Part shown: positions 29,131-37,742 of the stretch, piece after piece
Layout of the letters: the number at the start of each line of letters is the position of its first letter
Numbering within the stretch: position 1 is the first letter of the stretch
Virus record (IMG/VR): IMGVR_UViG_3300012862_000042
Coordinates: 1-48,487 of that record
DNA from: a virus
Lineage: Duplodnaviria; Caudoviricetes
Length of the DNA stretch: 48,487 nucleotides
Reading direction: 5' to 3' (one strand)
Translations under genes and position numbers: made by a program
Notes under the pieces: model-generated
Told to the model about the DNA's origin: nothing
Databases searched by the model: none
What the model saw: only the letters and a program-made list of their open reading frames with translations

Positions 29131-29346
29131 AAGCAAGGGCAGGGTTTGATACCTGCATGGGTTTAGGACTAACATTCACGAAGCCCGATACAATGGAGTG
29201 GACTACTCTGCATCTCGTCTCTTTATTTAATCTCCAATGCTTAGCTTTACTTTAACCCTAAGTAGTGCTACTGTTAGTTTCTCCCCCGATCATTTCATAT
29301 CGTATTTACACCAACGGGGATAGCGTCTCTATTCCGCCACCTTGCT
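29131..29346 (-). ncRNA. 216-nt tRNA-like RNA with large structured insert
   Basis: Acceptor AGCAAGG/CCTTGCT; class II-type D-arm TG-GCG-GAATAGAGA-CGC; T-arm GCAGG-TATCAAAC-CCTGC; about 165 nt replace the anticodon and variable arms. Confidence 0.7.
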
Positions 29347-29367
29347 TTATATCTTCAAAGAACTTCC

Positions 29368-29775
29368 CTAGTATATAGGCTTTTCGGGTTTTACAATGGG
29401 TTGGTAGTGGGTGATTTCTTTTAGCCAAAATAGCCTTACATCCCTATCTATTAAAGGGGTTGTATTTGCTACGGATATTTTACCTTCTGCATCAAAAACA
29501 AAGACATCAGTTTCGTTTTTTCTAATTTCGATTAAATCCTCCTCACTCTCTATCCTTATCCACCCGTTGTTATGCTCTATCCCAACAATTGACCGTGGTC
29601 TAAAACCTAAATCATTGAAGGTTACAAACTCTCTTGGTATATTCCCCATTCCGCTGATAATTGGCGAAATGTACCCGTTATGTTCTAAAGCGCATTTCTT
29701 TGCTTGCGGACTTAATTGCTCCCAATACTCACCATACGCCTTGCGAATGGCTTCTTGCTTTGCGGTGTTTGGCAT
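29368..29775 (-). CDS. hypothetical phage protein
   Basis: NNGWIRIESEEDL...ITHYQPI, DUF551-like C-terminus. Confidence 0.7.
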   Translation of the reverse strand: MPNTAKQEAIRKAYGEYWEQLSPQAKKCALEHNGYISPIISGMGNIPREFVTFNDLGFRPRSIVGIEHNNGWIRIESEEDLIEIRKNETDVFVFDAEGKISVANTTPLIDRDVRLFWLKEITHYQPIVKPEKPIY

Positions 29776-29799
29776 GGTTAGTTTGTTTAAGCTTTATAT

Positions 29800-30021
29800 T
29801 TAGTACTCCACACTGACCGTAATTTCCTTTTTGAATACTTCTGAATAAAAGGACACTGGCTTTGAAGTTTTTCTCGCTATCCTTACTGCATGATTAAACC
29901 TATCCTTATCTATAGTACCATTCGTTATTAAATGGATTTCATAGGGAGTGCTTCTTCCGTAAATACTATTATTGAATATCACTTTAAATATTTGCCCAAA
30001 TAGCCTTTTGAATATTTCCAT
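29800..30021 (-). CDS. hypothetical protein
   Basis: Part of co-oriented small-gene cassette. Confidence 0.6.
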   Translation of the reverse strand: MEIFKRLFGQIFKVIFNNSIYGRSTPYEIHLITNGTIDKDRFNHAVRIARKTSKPVSFYSEVFKKEITVSVEY

Positions 30022-30032
30022 CTCTCTTCTAT

Positions 30033-30233
30033 TTAAATAGTGGTTTCATCAGGACAGCCAATAAGGACTTGCCCCTTAATACACTTGATTACAAAATCGA
30101 ATTCTTGGTTACCTAAGCTCTGAATGAATACGCCAAAATCTTTTGCAGGCATGGAAATAACATCTTTGTAAACTGTTAACATTTCAATTATTTCCGAGGT
30201 AGTTTTTCCGCTTATGTTTGTTTTCTTAATCAT
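30033..30233 (-). CDS. hypothetical protein
   Basis: ATGA overlap. Confidence 0.6.
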   Translation of the reverse strand: MIKKTNISGKTTSEIIEMLTVYKDVISMPAKDFGVFIQSLGNQEFDFVIKCIKGQVLIGCPDETTI

Positions 30234-30556
30234 AGTTGATAGTATTTGAAATTCTTACCGCCTTTTACTATACCAATCAAATCACATTTAGCAATAATCT
30301 GCCTTAATTGGCTTGAAATACTTTTAGAATCCAAACCAGTAGCGAAGGACAAATATTTAGTTGTAACTGCTGTTGCTCTGTGTTTATCTAATTCAGAATA
30401 AATCTGATATTGTTGTTTAGACAAAAAATTGATTGCGACTTGCTTTGAAATATCCTCTGCTAACATCTTTGCATCACATTTTAAAAGACCGCTATTTTCT
30501 AAGTCCGTGAGTTTCTGAAATACACTTCCGAATACTTTATATTCTAATTTTTTCAT
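30230..30556 (-). CDS. winged-HTH-like protein
   Basis: TTKYLSFATGLDSKSISSQLRQI...YYQL pattern. Confidence 0.55.
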   Translation of the reverse strand: MKKLEYKVFGSVFQKLTDLENSGLLKCDAKMLAEDISKQVAINFLSKQQYQIYSELDKHRATAVTTKYLSFATGLDSKSISSQLRQIIAKCDLIGIVKGGKNFKYYQL

Positions 30557-30567
30557 TGGTGTTGGGT

Positions 30568-30864
30568 TTAAATAGTGGTTGCTCTTGTGAGGAGGTCTTG
30601 AATATCTTTTGCAAACTCGTTTACTTCGCGTTCTGTTGGTAATGCTCTCCTAATTAATAGGTCATTAACCTTATTCAACATCTCCAACATCTCAGGCGCA
30701 TGAGCGATTAGGGTAGCGTCCGCTAATCCATTATCATGACCTTGGCAAATTTCTCTTGCAATGTAAGTACGGCCAAATGACCAACCTTGTTCGATCAATA
30801 CTACTGAGTGGCAATCGTCATCCTCGACTATTTTCCACTTTCCTTTAGTTCCTTTAAATTCCAT
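30568..30864 (-). CDS. phage early protein (LIAxAPE family)
   Basis: FKGTKGKW and ADATLIAHAPEMLEML. Confidence 0.75.
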   Translation of the reverse strand: MEFKGTKGKWKIVEDDDCHSVVLIEQGWSFGRTYIAREICQGHDNGLADATLIAHAPEMLEMLNKVNDLLIRRALPTEREVNEFAKDIQDLLTRATTI

Positions 30865-30880
30865 AACTGTGTGTGTTTGG

Positions 30881-31135
30881 TTAATTAATCTTTGATTTTA
30901 CCATTGCAACTGTTTTCTCATGAAACCTTTTGCAATACTCAATTCCTTGATCGTTGTTAGGCACATCGTGAATTTTCATCCTAAATCCGCCTTTAACCGT
31001 GCTGAATACAATTGTCTCTAATTGATACCTATCTCCAAACCATTCGCTATAAAAGATAGCAGCAGTTGAAACACGGATATCTTCATTAATTACAGTTGAC
31101 GATATATTGAAACTACATTTGGTTTTAAATTCCAT
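30881..31135 (-). CDS. hypothetical protein
   Basis: First gene of the cassette. Confidence 0.65.
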   Translation of the reverse strand: MEFKTKCSFNISSTVINEDIRVSTAAIFYSEWFGDRYQLETIVFSTVKGGFRMKIHDVPNNDQGIEYCKRFHEKTVAMVKSKIN

Positions 31136-31234
31136 ATTCCCTTAGTATTTATTTCAAACCCCATCCCCCTTACGTAGGTAGCTTCTCGCTGGTGGGGAGC
31201 GACTTGACAATCGCCAATCATCCAATTGACTTAT

Positions 31235-31308
31235 CAAATGTAAAGACATTACTTTGCATTTGCAAATATAAAATAACGATTTTGCAAAATTACTTGTACA
31301 AATGATAA
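31235..31308 (-). promoter_or_regulatory. putative CI-controlled promoter for the accessory/ncRNA cassette
   Basis: TACATTTG at 31242-31235; TTATCATTTGTACAA (31308-31294) identical to 47714-47728. Confidence 0.6.
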
Positions 31309-31411
31309 GATTGCTTAGCAGATTTGGTCGAGTCTAGGTGTTGATTTCAGTAAAAATTTGCTAATTCCGACAATTGAAAGTACTTTAGATTACCAAAACA
31401 ATTATCACACT

Positions 31412-32083
31412 ATGGAATTATTTGAACCACAGAACTTCTTTCAAATGGCGGGGTTGATTGGAGGTGCTATCGGGGCTTGTATTGCTATTGCTGGCTTATC
31501 AATCGCAGCATCAACTCTAAAAGTCGCAATAGATGCCAAGAATGAATGGGTTTCCCAACGGAAATTTGATTTTAAAGTGACTGTACACTCTTTGTTGGAT
31601 GATTATATTAATTTATTAGATGACATTTATAACTACGATAATAACTATACAGCTGTTTTCGTAGACGGATTTAGTAAATTTCGCTACCGTGGAGTTGCAT
31701 ATGAAGAAATAGGTAAAAGTCATCCGTATTTTAAATCAATAATACAATACACGAATCATACCCTACACTCACAATCACTTTACAGTAGTAAAATAGAAGA
31801 TATTTATAATCGTTTAATCCCTTCAGTTGTTGGATTAAATGATAATAATTTAAACATCCTCTTTCAAAAGATAAAAAATTTCAGATACAAATTCGACCAT
31901 CAGATTGAGCGATCAAAATCATTCTTAGCCTTCTTAGCTACGATTTATTCGAATGAAGGACGCTTAAATCAAGAAGTTGTAGATTCACATTCGTTGAACC
32001 ACTACGATTACATAAAGAGTAAGGAATATGTAGATGATCTTGTCGAGATTAAAATGTTATCTGAAAAATTCCTTTCAAAATAA
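31412..32083 (+). CDS. N-terminally membrane-anchored moron protein (possible superinfection exclusion/defence)
   Basis: One N-terminal TM, helical body, low GC, antisense to late genes. Confidence 0.65.
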   Translation: MELFEPQNFFQMAGLIGGAIGACIAIAGLSIAASTLKVAIDAKNEWVSQRKFDFKVTVHSLLDDYINLLDDIYNYDNNYTAVFVDGFSKFRYRGVAYEEIGKSHPYFKSIIQYTNHTLHSQSLYSSKIEDIYNRLIPSVVGLNDNNLNILFQKIKNFRYKFDHQIERSKSFLAFLATIYSNEGRLNQEVVDSHSLNHYDYIKSKEYVDDLVEIKMLSEKFLSK

Positions 32084-32087
32084 ATTA

Positions 32088-33542
32088 TCATTTCCCAATA
32101 CCTAATATCTTCGCTTCAGCTTCCAACATCGCAAACTCCCTCTCCCGCTTCATCCTCTCCGCATGCTCCCCATCAATCCTCTTTTCCTCATCCTCGACAT
32201 TGGTCACCAAGCCCGACATACCAATCGCTGTGGCGCGTGATATCAATCCTGCTTCCTTCGCCTTGATTGCCAAAGTTACATCCGCATCAAGATCATCCAA
32301 CTTAAAGTGTGGTGCTTCAAACGTCACCGACAGAGTGGAAAAAGCACCGCGTAATGTCGTATCCATAGTTGCTAGCAATGCCATCTCAAGATTGATTCCC
32401 CTTTGTATAAGCTCACCGTAACCGCCTTCAATTTCCCTACGCGAGGCAAGGTGTGCATCGATGAAAACACGATCGAAAGCAACGCCAGAAAGATCGCCTA
32501 ACGACTTCATTTCTTCAAAGCTTATATTAGGCGTTTGAGTGAGCGAGTATATTGCATTGACCAAAGTATCAATCTCCAGCTTGATAGCATCAACCGAATG
32601 ATCCCAAGTAACGTACTCCACATTGGCGTTATCGCCTTCAATGAGCACAGCCTTTCCGTTCTCACCTTTTTCCTGAGCCTTGGCATCCTTAACATTCTTG
32701 AACACAAGCGTTGGCGAAGCGTGATAATCGTTGGTGTCTGCAAAGTTTGATAGGACAGTTTCCAATCGCTCGATCAATGGTTGAACGTTAGCCCAAATGG
32801 GGCGCGACTTGCTATAGTAAATTACCGGTATCTTTCCATATGGAAGTGGAACCACCTCCACCGGAGACCAATCACTATCCCCCTTTTCAAACTTCGCCAA
32901 TTGCTGGCTGGAATAGATGTCAAAACATTCAACCTCCTTCTCTCCTTCCGGCTGCGCAAGGATTTCATCGATGCTCTTGCTTCGCTTGTACTGCCTACCG
33001 AAATAGATTAGGTTTCCAGTATTGTCAAACACCGGCAATAAAATATCGCCACGGCTCGGCGACAATACCTGCATCTTGAAGTCTTTCTTCACCCTTGAAA
33101 ACCCTCCCCAATGGCTTGCATCTTCCGAATCGGTAGAATACCATAGCTTGGCACATTGCAATTCCCTGTTGAGGATATCGCAGATCTCGCTTTCCTTGAA
33201 CGCTACTTTGTTGTTATCACGTAGGCGTTGCAACAAAGAGAAAGCGCGCTCCTCCTGCTGTCCATTAGGCTCTGCAAAAAGCTTTACCTTGCCCAGGTTC
33301 ATGAAAGCAACCCTACGAGTGACAATGATATCCTGCAATGCCATTGGTAGCCGTGCCGGATCTATGTAACGCGATTGCCCGTCTTTCTTTACCAGCTTCT
33401 TCGGCCTTGCCCCCTCATCGTATATCTTATGCTTGGTAATATCAATCTCCGCACTTGCATCATATGCAACTGCAGCATTCTTTCCCAACTCCTCTATTAC
33501 CTTCGGCTCGATAGTTGCCGTTGATTTCTTTTGTTTTTCCAT
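32088..33542 (-). CDS. portal protein (SPP1 gp6-like)
   Basis: Follows TerL; GKIPVIYY, NFADTNDYHASP, LSGVA. Confidence 0.9.
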   Translation of the reverse strand: MEKQKKSTATIEPKVIEELGKNAAVAYDASAEIDITKHKIYDEGARPKKLVKKDGQSRYIDPARLPMALQDIIVTRRVAFMNLGKVKLFAEPNGQQEERAFSLLQRLRDNNKVAFKESEICDILNRELQCAKLWYSTDSEDASHWGGFSRVKKDFKMQVLSPSRGDILLPVFDNTGNLIYFGRQYKRSKSIDEILAQPEGEKEVECFDIYSSQQLAKFEKGDSDWSPVEVVPLPYGKIPVIYYSKSRPIWANVQPLIERLETVLSNFADTNDYHASPTLVFKNVKDAKAQEKGENGKAVLIEGDNANVEYVTWDHSVDAIKLEIDTLVNAIYSLTQTPNISFEEMKSLGDLSGVAFDRVFIDAHLASRREIEGGYGELIQRGINLEMALLATMDTTLRGAFSTLSVTFEAPHFKLDDLDADVTLAIKAKEAGLISRATAIGMSGLVTNVEDEEKRIDGEHAERMKREREFAMLEAEAKILGIGK

Positions 33543-34892
33543 TTACCCAAACATTGATAAAATATCACTTGTCAATTCTTTTATTCCCAATCCCTGTTTT
33601 AACCTACGTTTTGCATACCTAATTGGATCGATGGTGTGATTGTTGGCATCAACAGGAATATTCGCTTTCTTATCGCTCCAAACATATGACTTCAGTTCCC
33701 TCTTGATGTTCACTGAATCAGGATCTACAATAAGCGTGTAATCCATCAGGTCCGCAATACCTGCTTTAACCGAACCAGGTCCTTTCTCGCATTCTTCAAT
33801 GTTAAGGCCCATATCCGCAAGGTCAGCGATCAATCTATCCTCTGCACTATCCCCAACAATGAGGTCATCCTTACTTTGAATATGCGCCAAGTTCATATTG
33901 TACACTCCTTCTGTTTTGAGTGGAGTTGTTGTATAGAAACATTCTTTTGCATAAACACGCTTTCGCTTCTCGTCTACGGCAACCTTTACCAAAGTGGTTG
34001 GATCGATAGAGAAACCATAATCCTGACCATAGAGGTATGGCAAAGATTCATCGAATGGTCCTTCTTCCCAATCGGTGAATATCACACCCTCTGCAATATC
34101 TGCCCAACGGCCAATAACAACATAAGCATACTTAGTCCGTTGGAATGCGATACGGTAAGCTTTATTGTATTCCTCAGTCCCCTCCTTGCCTGCTCCCACC
34201 TCCGCAATTGCTGCTTGATGGGCCTGTTTCTCGCTTCTTCTTTTAATCTCCGCAATCTCTGCAAGAAAGGTTGCACTGACATTTTCGATGTTATCCAGGT
34301 AGCTGGTATGGATATGAAGTACGTTAGGATGCGTGCTTATTTGCACCTCTACCCCGTCAATAACTTCAATACGGTGCGTATCCTGGATATACTTCTTGTA
34401 AACGAAATGACTATCATCTGAAGGGTTCATGATCAGGATCACCCGATTTTGAATTCCCTTCTTCCTTATGGAGAGAATCAGTTTGTCATAATCCTCTTCA
34501 CTTTGCCATTCCTCCATCTCATCACCAACGAACGTCGTTAGCCCTTCAATAGACTTTAGGTTTGCCGTTTGGTTACCGGATGAGGTCTTTATACCTCGGA
34601 ACATTATTGAGCTCCCTGAAAAGTTATTTACGATATCCTCGGCTGTGATAGTAAACTTATCTAAAACTCCATCCAATTCGATCTTTCCTCGTACCTCTGG
34701 AATCACGGAAATATCTGCGGACTTCATTGAATACCGTGAATAGAGTATCTTATGCCCTTGCTGGAAGGTAAGCCGGGAAATAAACGCGGAAACCTCAAAG
34801 GACTTACCACTACCACGACCTCCTGTCACCAATATGATGAAATGGTCCTTGTCTTTGTAAAGTGGTTCGAACTGAGGTTTTACGGTTACCAT
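33543..34892 (-). CDS. terL: terminase large subunit (PBSX family)
   Basis: GGRGSGKS, DEMEE, GQDYGFSIDP, NHTIDPIRY. Confidence 0.95.
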   Translation of the reverse strand: MVTVKPQFEPLYKDKDHFIILVTGGRGSGKSFEVSAFISRLTFQQGHKILYSRYSMKSADISVIPEVRGKIELDGVLDKFTITAEDIVNNFSGSSIMFRGIKTSSGNQTANLKSIEGLTTFVGDEMEEWQSEEDYDKLILSIRKKGIQNRVILIMNPSDDSHFVYKKYIQDTHRIEVIDGVEVQISTHPNVLHIHTSYLDNIENVSATFLAEIAEIKRRSEKQAHQAAIAEVGAGKEGTEEYNKAYRIAFQRTKYAYVVIGRWADIAEGVIFTDWEEGPFDESLPYLYGQDYGFSIDPTTLVKVAVDEKRKRVYAKECFYTTTPLKTEGVYNMNLAHIQSKDDLIVGDSAEDRLIADLADMGLNIEECEKGPGSVKAGIADLMDYTLIVDPDSVNIKRELKSYVWSDKKANIPVDANNHTIDPIRYAKRRLKQGLGIKELTSDILSMFG

Positions 34893-34901
34893 AACGATGC
34901 T

Positions 34902-35417
34902 TTACTTCTTTTCCTGGAGCATCAACCAATTTTCAGGTGTGATGCTGCCGTTCATGTTTACATCTTGTTTGATCGCTGCGTAATCGCCTTCTATCTTGGA
35001 AATTTCAGATTGAAGGTCCTTTATCGCTTTTCTCATTGCTGTACGTTCGCCTGGCAATAAAGCTCTTGTAAATGTTTTCCCTTTACCATCAACGTCTTGG
35101 CAAGTATTTAATTCGAGCTCGGATATAATCTCACTAATCAGGCTTTGTAAAATTATCACACGCTCGTTTTTAGTTTTTATAGACGTTTTAAGACGTTCTT
35201 TTTCTAGTTCGACCCTTTGTTCTGTTAGCTCGCTTTCAATAGCTTGCTGACGCTCTGAATAGGTTTGATTAGCTATTTTCCAGTAGTTTGCGAACGCTCT
35301 TTCAGATAACTGCACGTTACTGCACAATACTGCAAAACAATCAGTGTAAGTAGATCCTTTATCAAGTTCAACAAGGATAAGCTCAATAGCTTTCTGTTTA
35401 CTGATTTTTCCTGCCAT
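34902..35417 (-). CDS. terminase small subunit (probable)
   Basis: Directly upstream of TerL; N-terminal helical DNA-binding-like region + coiled coil. Confidence 0.65.
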   Translation of the reverse strand: MAGKISKQKAIELILVELDKGSTYTDCFAVLCSNVQLSERAFANYWKIANQTYSERQQAIESELTEQRVELEKERLKTSIKTKNERVIILQSLISEIISELELNTCQDVDGKGKTFTRALLPGERTAMRKAIKDLQSEISKIEGDYAAIKQDVNMNGSITPENWLMLQEKK

Positions 35418-35779
35418 TACCCTCTCACCTCCTTTACAATTCTATCTACGTTGTCACGGAACCATCTTACATTGTTGTAATAATGCCTTGCAGATGGCAA
35501 TCTATTGCTTATGGCAGATTTACCAACTCCAAGAGCTTTGCAAAGTAAATCACTCACACCAACTGCTATAATGGAATTGGCCTTAATCGTAGCTGGACTA
35601 AAAAGCAGAAGAACCGAAGTGATTAGGTAAAGGGGTCTATAACATCCAGGTTCAATTGATTCTGACAACTTACTAACCATAGAAACATCAATCTGACCGG
35701 CTTGCAGTTCCCTTTCCAATTCCTGATATATTTCAGGATGGTTTACTTTGACATAGTTTAGCTTAGCGGTTATAGTCAT
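35417..35779 (-). CDS. HTH-like protein, candidate late regulator
   Basis: DLLCKALGVGKSAISN pattern. Confidence 0.55.
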   Translation of the reverse strand: MTITAKLNYVKVNHPEIYQELERELQAGQIDVSMVSKLSESIEPGCYRPLYLITSVLLLFSPATIKANSIIAVGVSDLLCKALGVGKSAISNRLPSARHYYNNVRWFRDNVDRIVKEVRG

Positions 35780-36135
35780 CAGGCAACCTTCCTTTCCTGT
35801 ACCGTCCCGATGATCGAGTAGATGTTCAACTTAAATTCCTCGATTGTCCTGATGATGTAGACCGGGGTTCCATCCTCCTGCCAAACCTTATGGACCTGAT
35901 CCTGTACTGGACTTACCTTGCCATTAGCGGTCTTGAACTCAAAACCATAACAGCGGCCTTGGTGAACAAGGATGCAGTCAGGAATTCCAGCTACAACTCC
36001 GGAAGCTTTCAATTGCATTCCTTCAATCGCATTCCGGTTCCCACCATTAGGAACATGGAAGAACAGCCTGCGCGTCTGCGGGTAATAGTTCCACAACCAA
36101 GTGAAGCATGAAGTTTGTAACTGGATTTCTGACAT
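35779..36135 (-). CDS. VRR-NUC domain nuclease
   Basis: HVPNGG, GIPD, EFKT...SPVQ. Confidence 0.9.
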   Translation of the reverse strand: MSEIQLQTSCFTWLWNYYPQTRRLFFHVPNGGNRNAIEGMQLKASGVVAGIPDCILVHQGRCYGFEFKTANGKVSPVQDQVHKVWQEDGTPVYIIRTIEEFKLNIYSIIGTVQERKVA

Positions 36136-36304
36136 AGCAAAACACTAAAAACACATATCACATTCTGCCCTTTGACTGGCCAATGCAATTAAATCAAAGA
36201 TAGGAAGTTTCCTAAATAAGCGTATACGCAACATCAAAATAGAAACAATTGCAAACATTTGTTAACTATTTAGGGAATAGGTAGGGTAAGTTGGGCGGGG
36301 TATC

Positions 36305-36625
36305 AAAGGTAACAGAATCGCGTAGATAAGGTAACAATACTAACTTGCTTTATATCAGTCGCTTGCAAATAGGTAACACAATAAAGCACTGTTTTCCCAA
36401 ATATTCACTAAGGGTAATATTTTATTTTTTAATTTTTAATAGCGCAATCGGTTGCGTATTTACATAATGAATTTTAATATTTTCCTTTTTACAAAAGTCC
36501 TGAAAAACGACTGTTATTGTGTTACCTTGCTGTAGGTCTTTGTTATTCAACACGTTACGCCTGTTGGATTCTGTTACCTTTTCTGTTACCTTGCGTTACT
36601 TTTTGAATATTTAGTTACCTTTTCT
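36305..36625. repeat. putative replication origin: inverted sets of AGGTAACA/TGTTACCT iterons around an AT-rich core
   Basis: 3 AGGTAACA copies at 36307-36378 and about 6 GTTAC(C) copies at 36520-36620; perfect 15-bp IR 36305-36319/36567-36581. Confidence 0.7.
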
Positions 36626-36910
36626 GTTGTGAAGTGGCTTATCTAAATAAAAAATTAGGCGACATGCATCATTCAGTCATAACAACCAATGATTAATATA
36701 TTTAATCTTTGTGACACATTAAGGGCATGGGCACACTTGAAACTTCCCAAATTGGATAATACGTAAAAATTATTGTGATAAAAAATAAGGCGGAATTACT
36801 GCAAATTCCGATCGTAAAAGATGGCGAGTTACCTGCGGTTGTAAAAAAAAAAGAAACCCCTTACGATGGGCGCAAGGGGAACCTAGTTGTCAAAGATGTA
36901 TATATGTGTG

Positions 36911-37120
36911 TTAGTGTTTCAAAATACAGATCAATGCAATTATTCCAAAGAACACAAATCCAGCAATTATGATCACAGCCATTGATTTGATCGCGTCTTT
37001 GGATTGCATTCGTTCATGTTCACTTTTAAGGAATACCCAACGCTCATTTACCAGCTCTTGGGTGTGTGGGCGATTGCACGCTAAAACATCGCCAAAAGAT
37101 AATCTTTTTGATCTACGCAT
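36911..37120 (-). CDS. small C-terminal TM protein
   Basis: ATG 37120 overlaps the end of the upstream gene. Confidence 0.55.
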   Translation of the reverse strand: MRRSKRLSFGDVLACNRPHTQELVNERWVFLKSEHERMQSKDAIKSMAVIIIAGFVFFGIIALICILKH

Positions 37121-37523
37121 GGCAAACCTCCATTTTATAGGTATAATAATCACTTAAGTTCGATAGTATATCCTCTACTTCATGATCTACGTCATAATCC
37201 CAATCACCAGGGCGAATTTTCCTAGAATCAATGCCATGAAGGAATTCCTGATCCTGGAAATACACTATCTGCCTAGTGACCTCTCCCTCTATAAATTCAC
37301 CTGATACCCATTTTTCAAGAGGGATGAATTCAAGTTCGATAAATGTTTCGGATCTTTCATTGGATAATAATGCTATCATCTCACCATTGCTCAGAAATAC
37401 CCTGATGCAGCCTGAATCCTTAGCTAATCTTGAAAGGTCAGATGGACCATACTTGTTTCCGGAATAAGCATTTACGCAACAATTAGGTTGTGCCGAAAGA
37501 TTTTGTTTAATTTGCCTGTTCAT
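37113..37523 (-). CDS. hypothetical protein
   Basis: Shared leader ATGCAATTTATT-ATG; second ATG preferred. Confidence 0.65.
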   Translation of the reverse strand: MNRQIKQNLSAQPNCCVNAYSGNKYGPSDLSRLAKDSGCIRVFLSNGEMIALLSNERSETFIELEFIPLEKWVSGEFIEGEVTRQIVYFQDQEFLHGIDSRKIRPGDWDYDVDHEVEDILSNLSDYYTYKMEVCHA

Positions 37524-37646
37524 AATAAATTGCATTTAAGATGTAATTTAAGCGCCCGTATGTTTGCCGACTGCGGGCGCTACTTTTTCCAAATCCTTTG
37601 CTGTCATTTCCCGGAGCAAGCAACTGCTATTCCCGCTATGACAATA

Positions 37647-37672
37647 CAAATGTAAAAATAATTTATCATTTG
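37647..37672 (-). promoter_or_regulatory. putative CI-controlled promoter
   Basis: TACATTTG (37654-37647) plus TTATCATTTG box (37663-37672) as in the cI/cro region. Confidence 0.55.
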
Positions 37673-37742
37673 TCAAGACATTTGTTAACTTTTTTTAATT
37701 AAGTCTTAATTTTTGTTTGCAAATGTTGGTGGACACGAGGCA

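Noticed and set aside
28945-29346. Canonical tRNA genes (Tyr/Leu)
   Set aside because: No 5-bp stem with 7-nt anticodon loop at the proper position; kept as tRNA-like only
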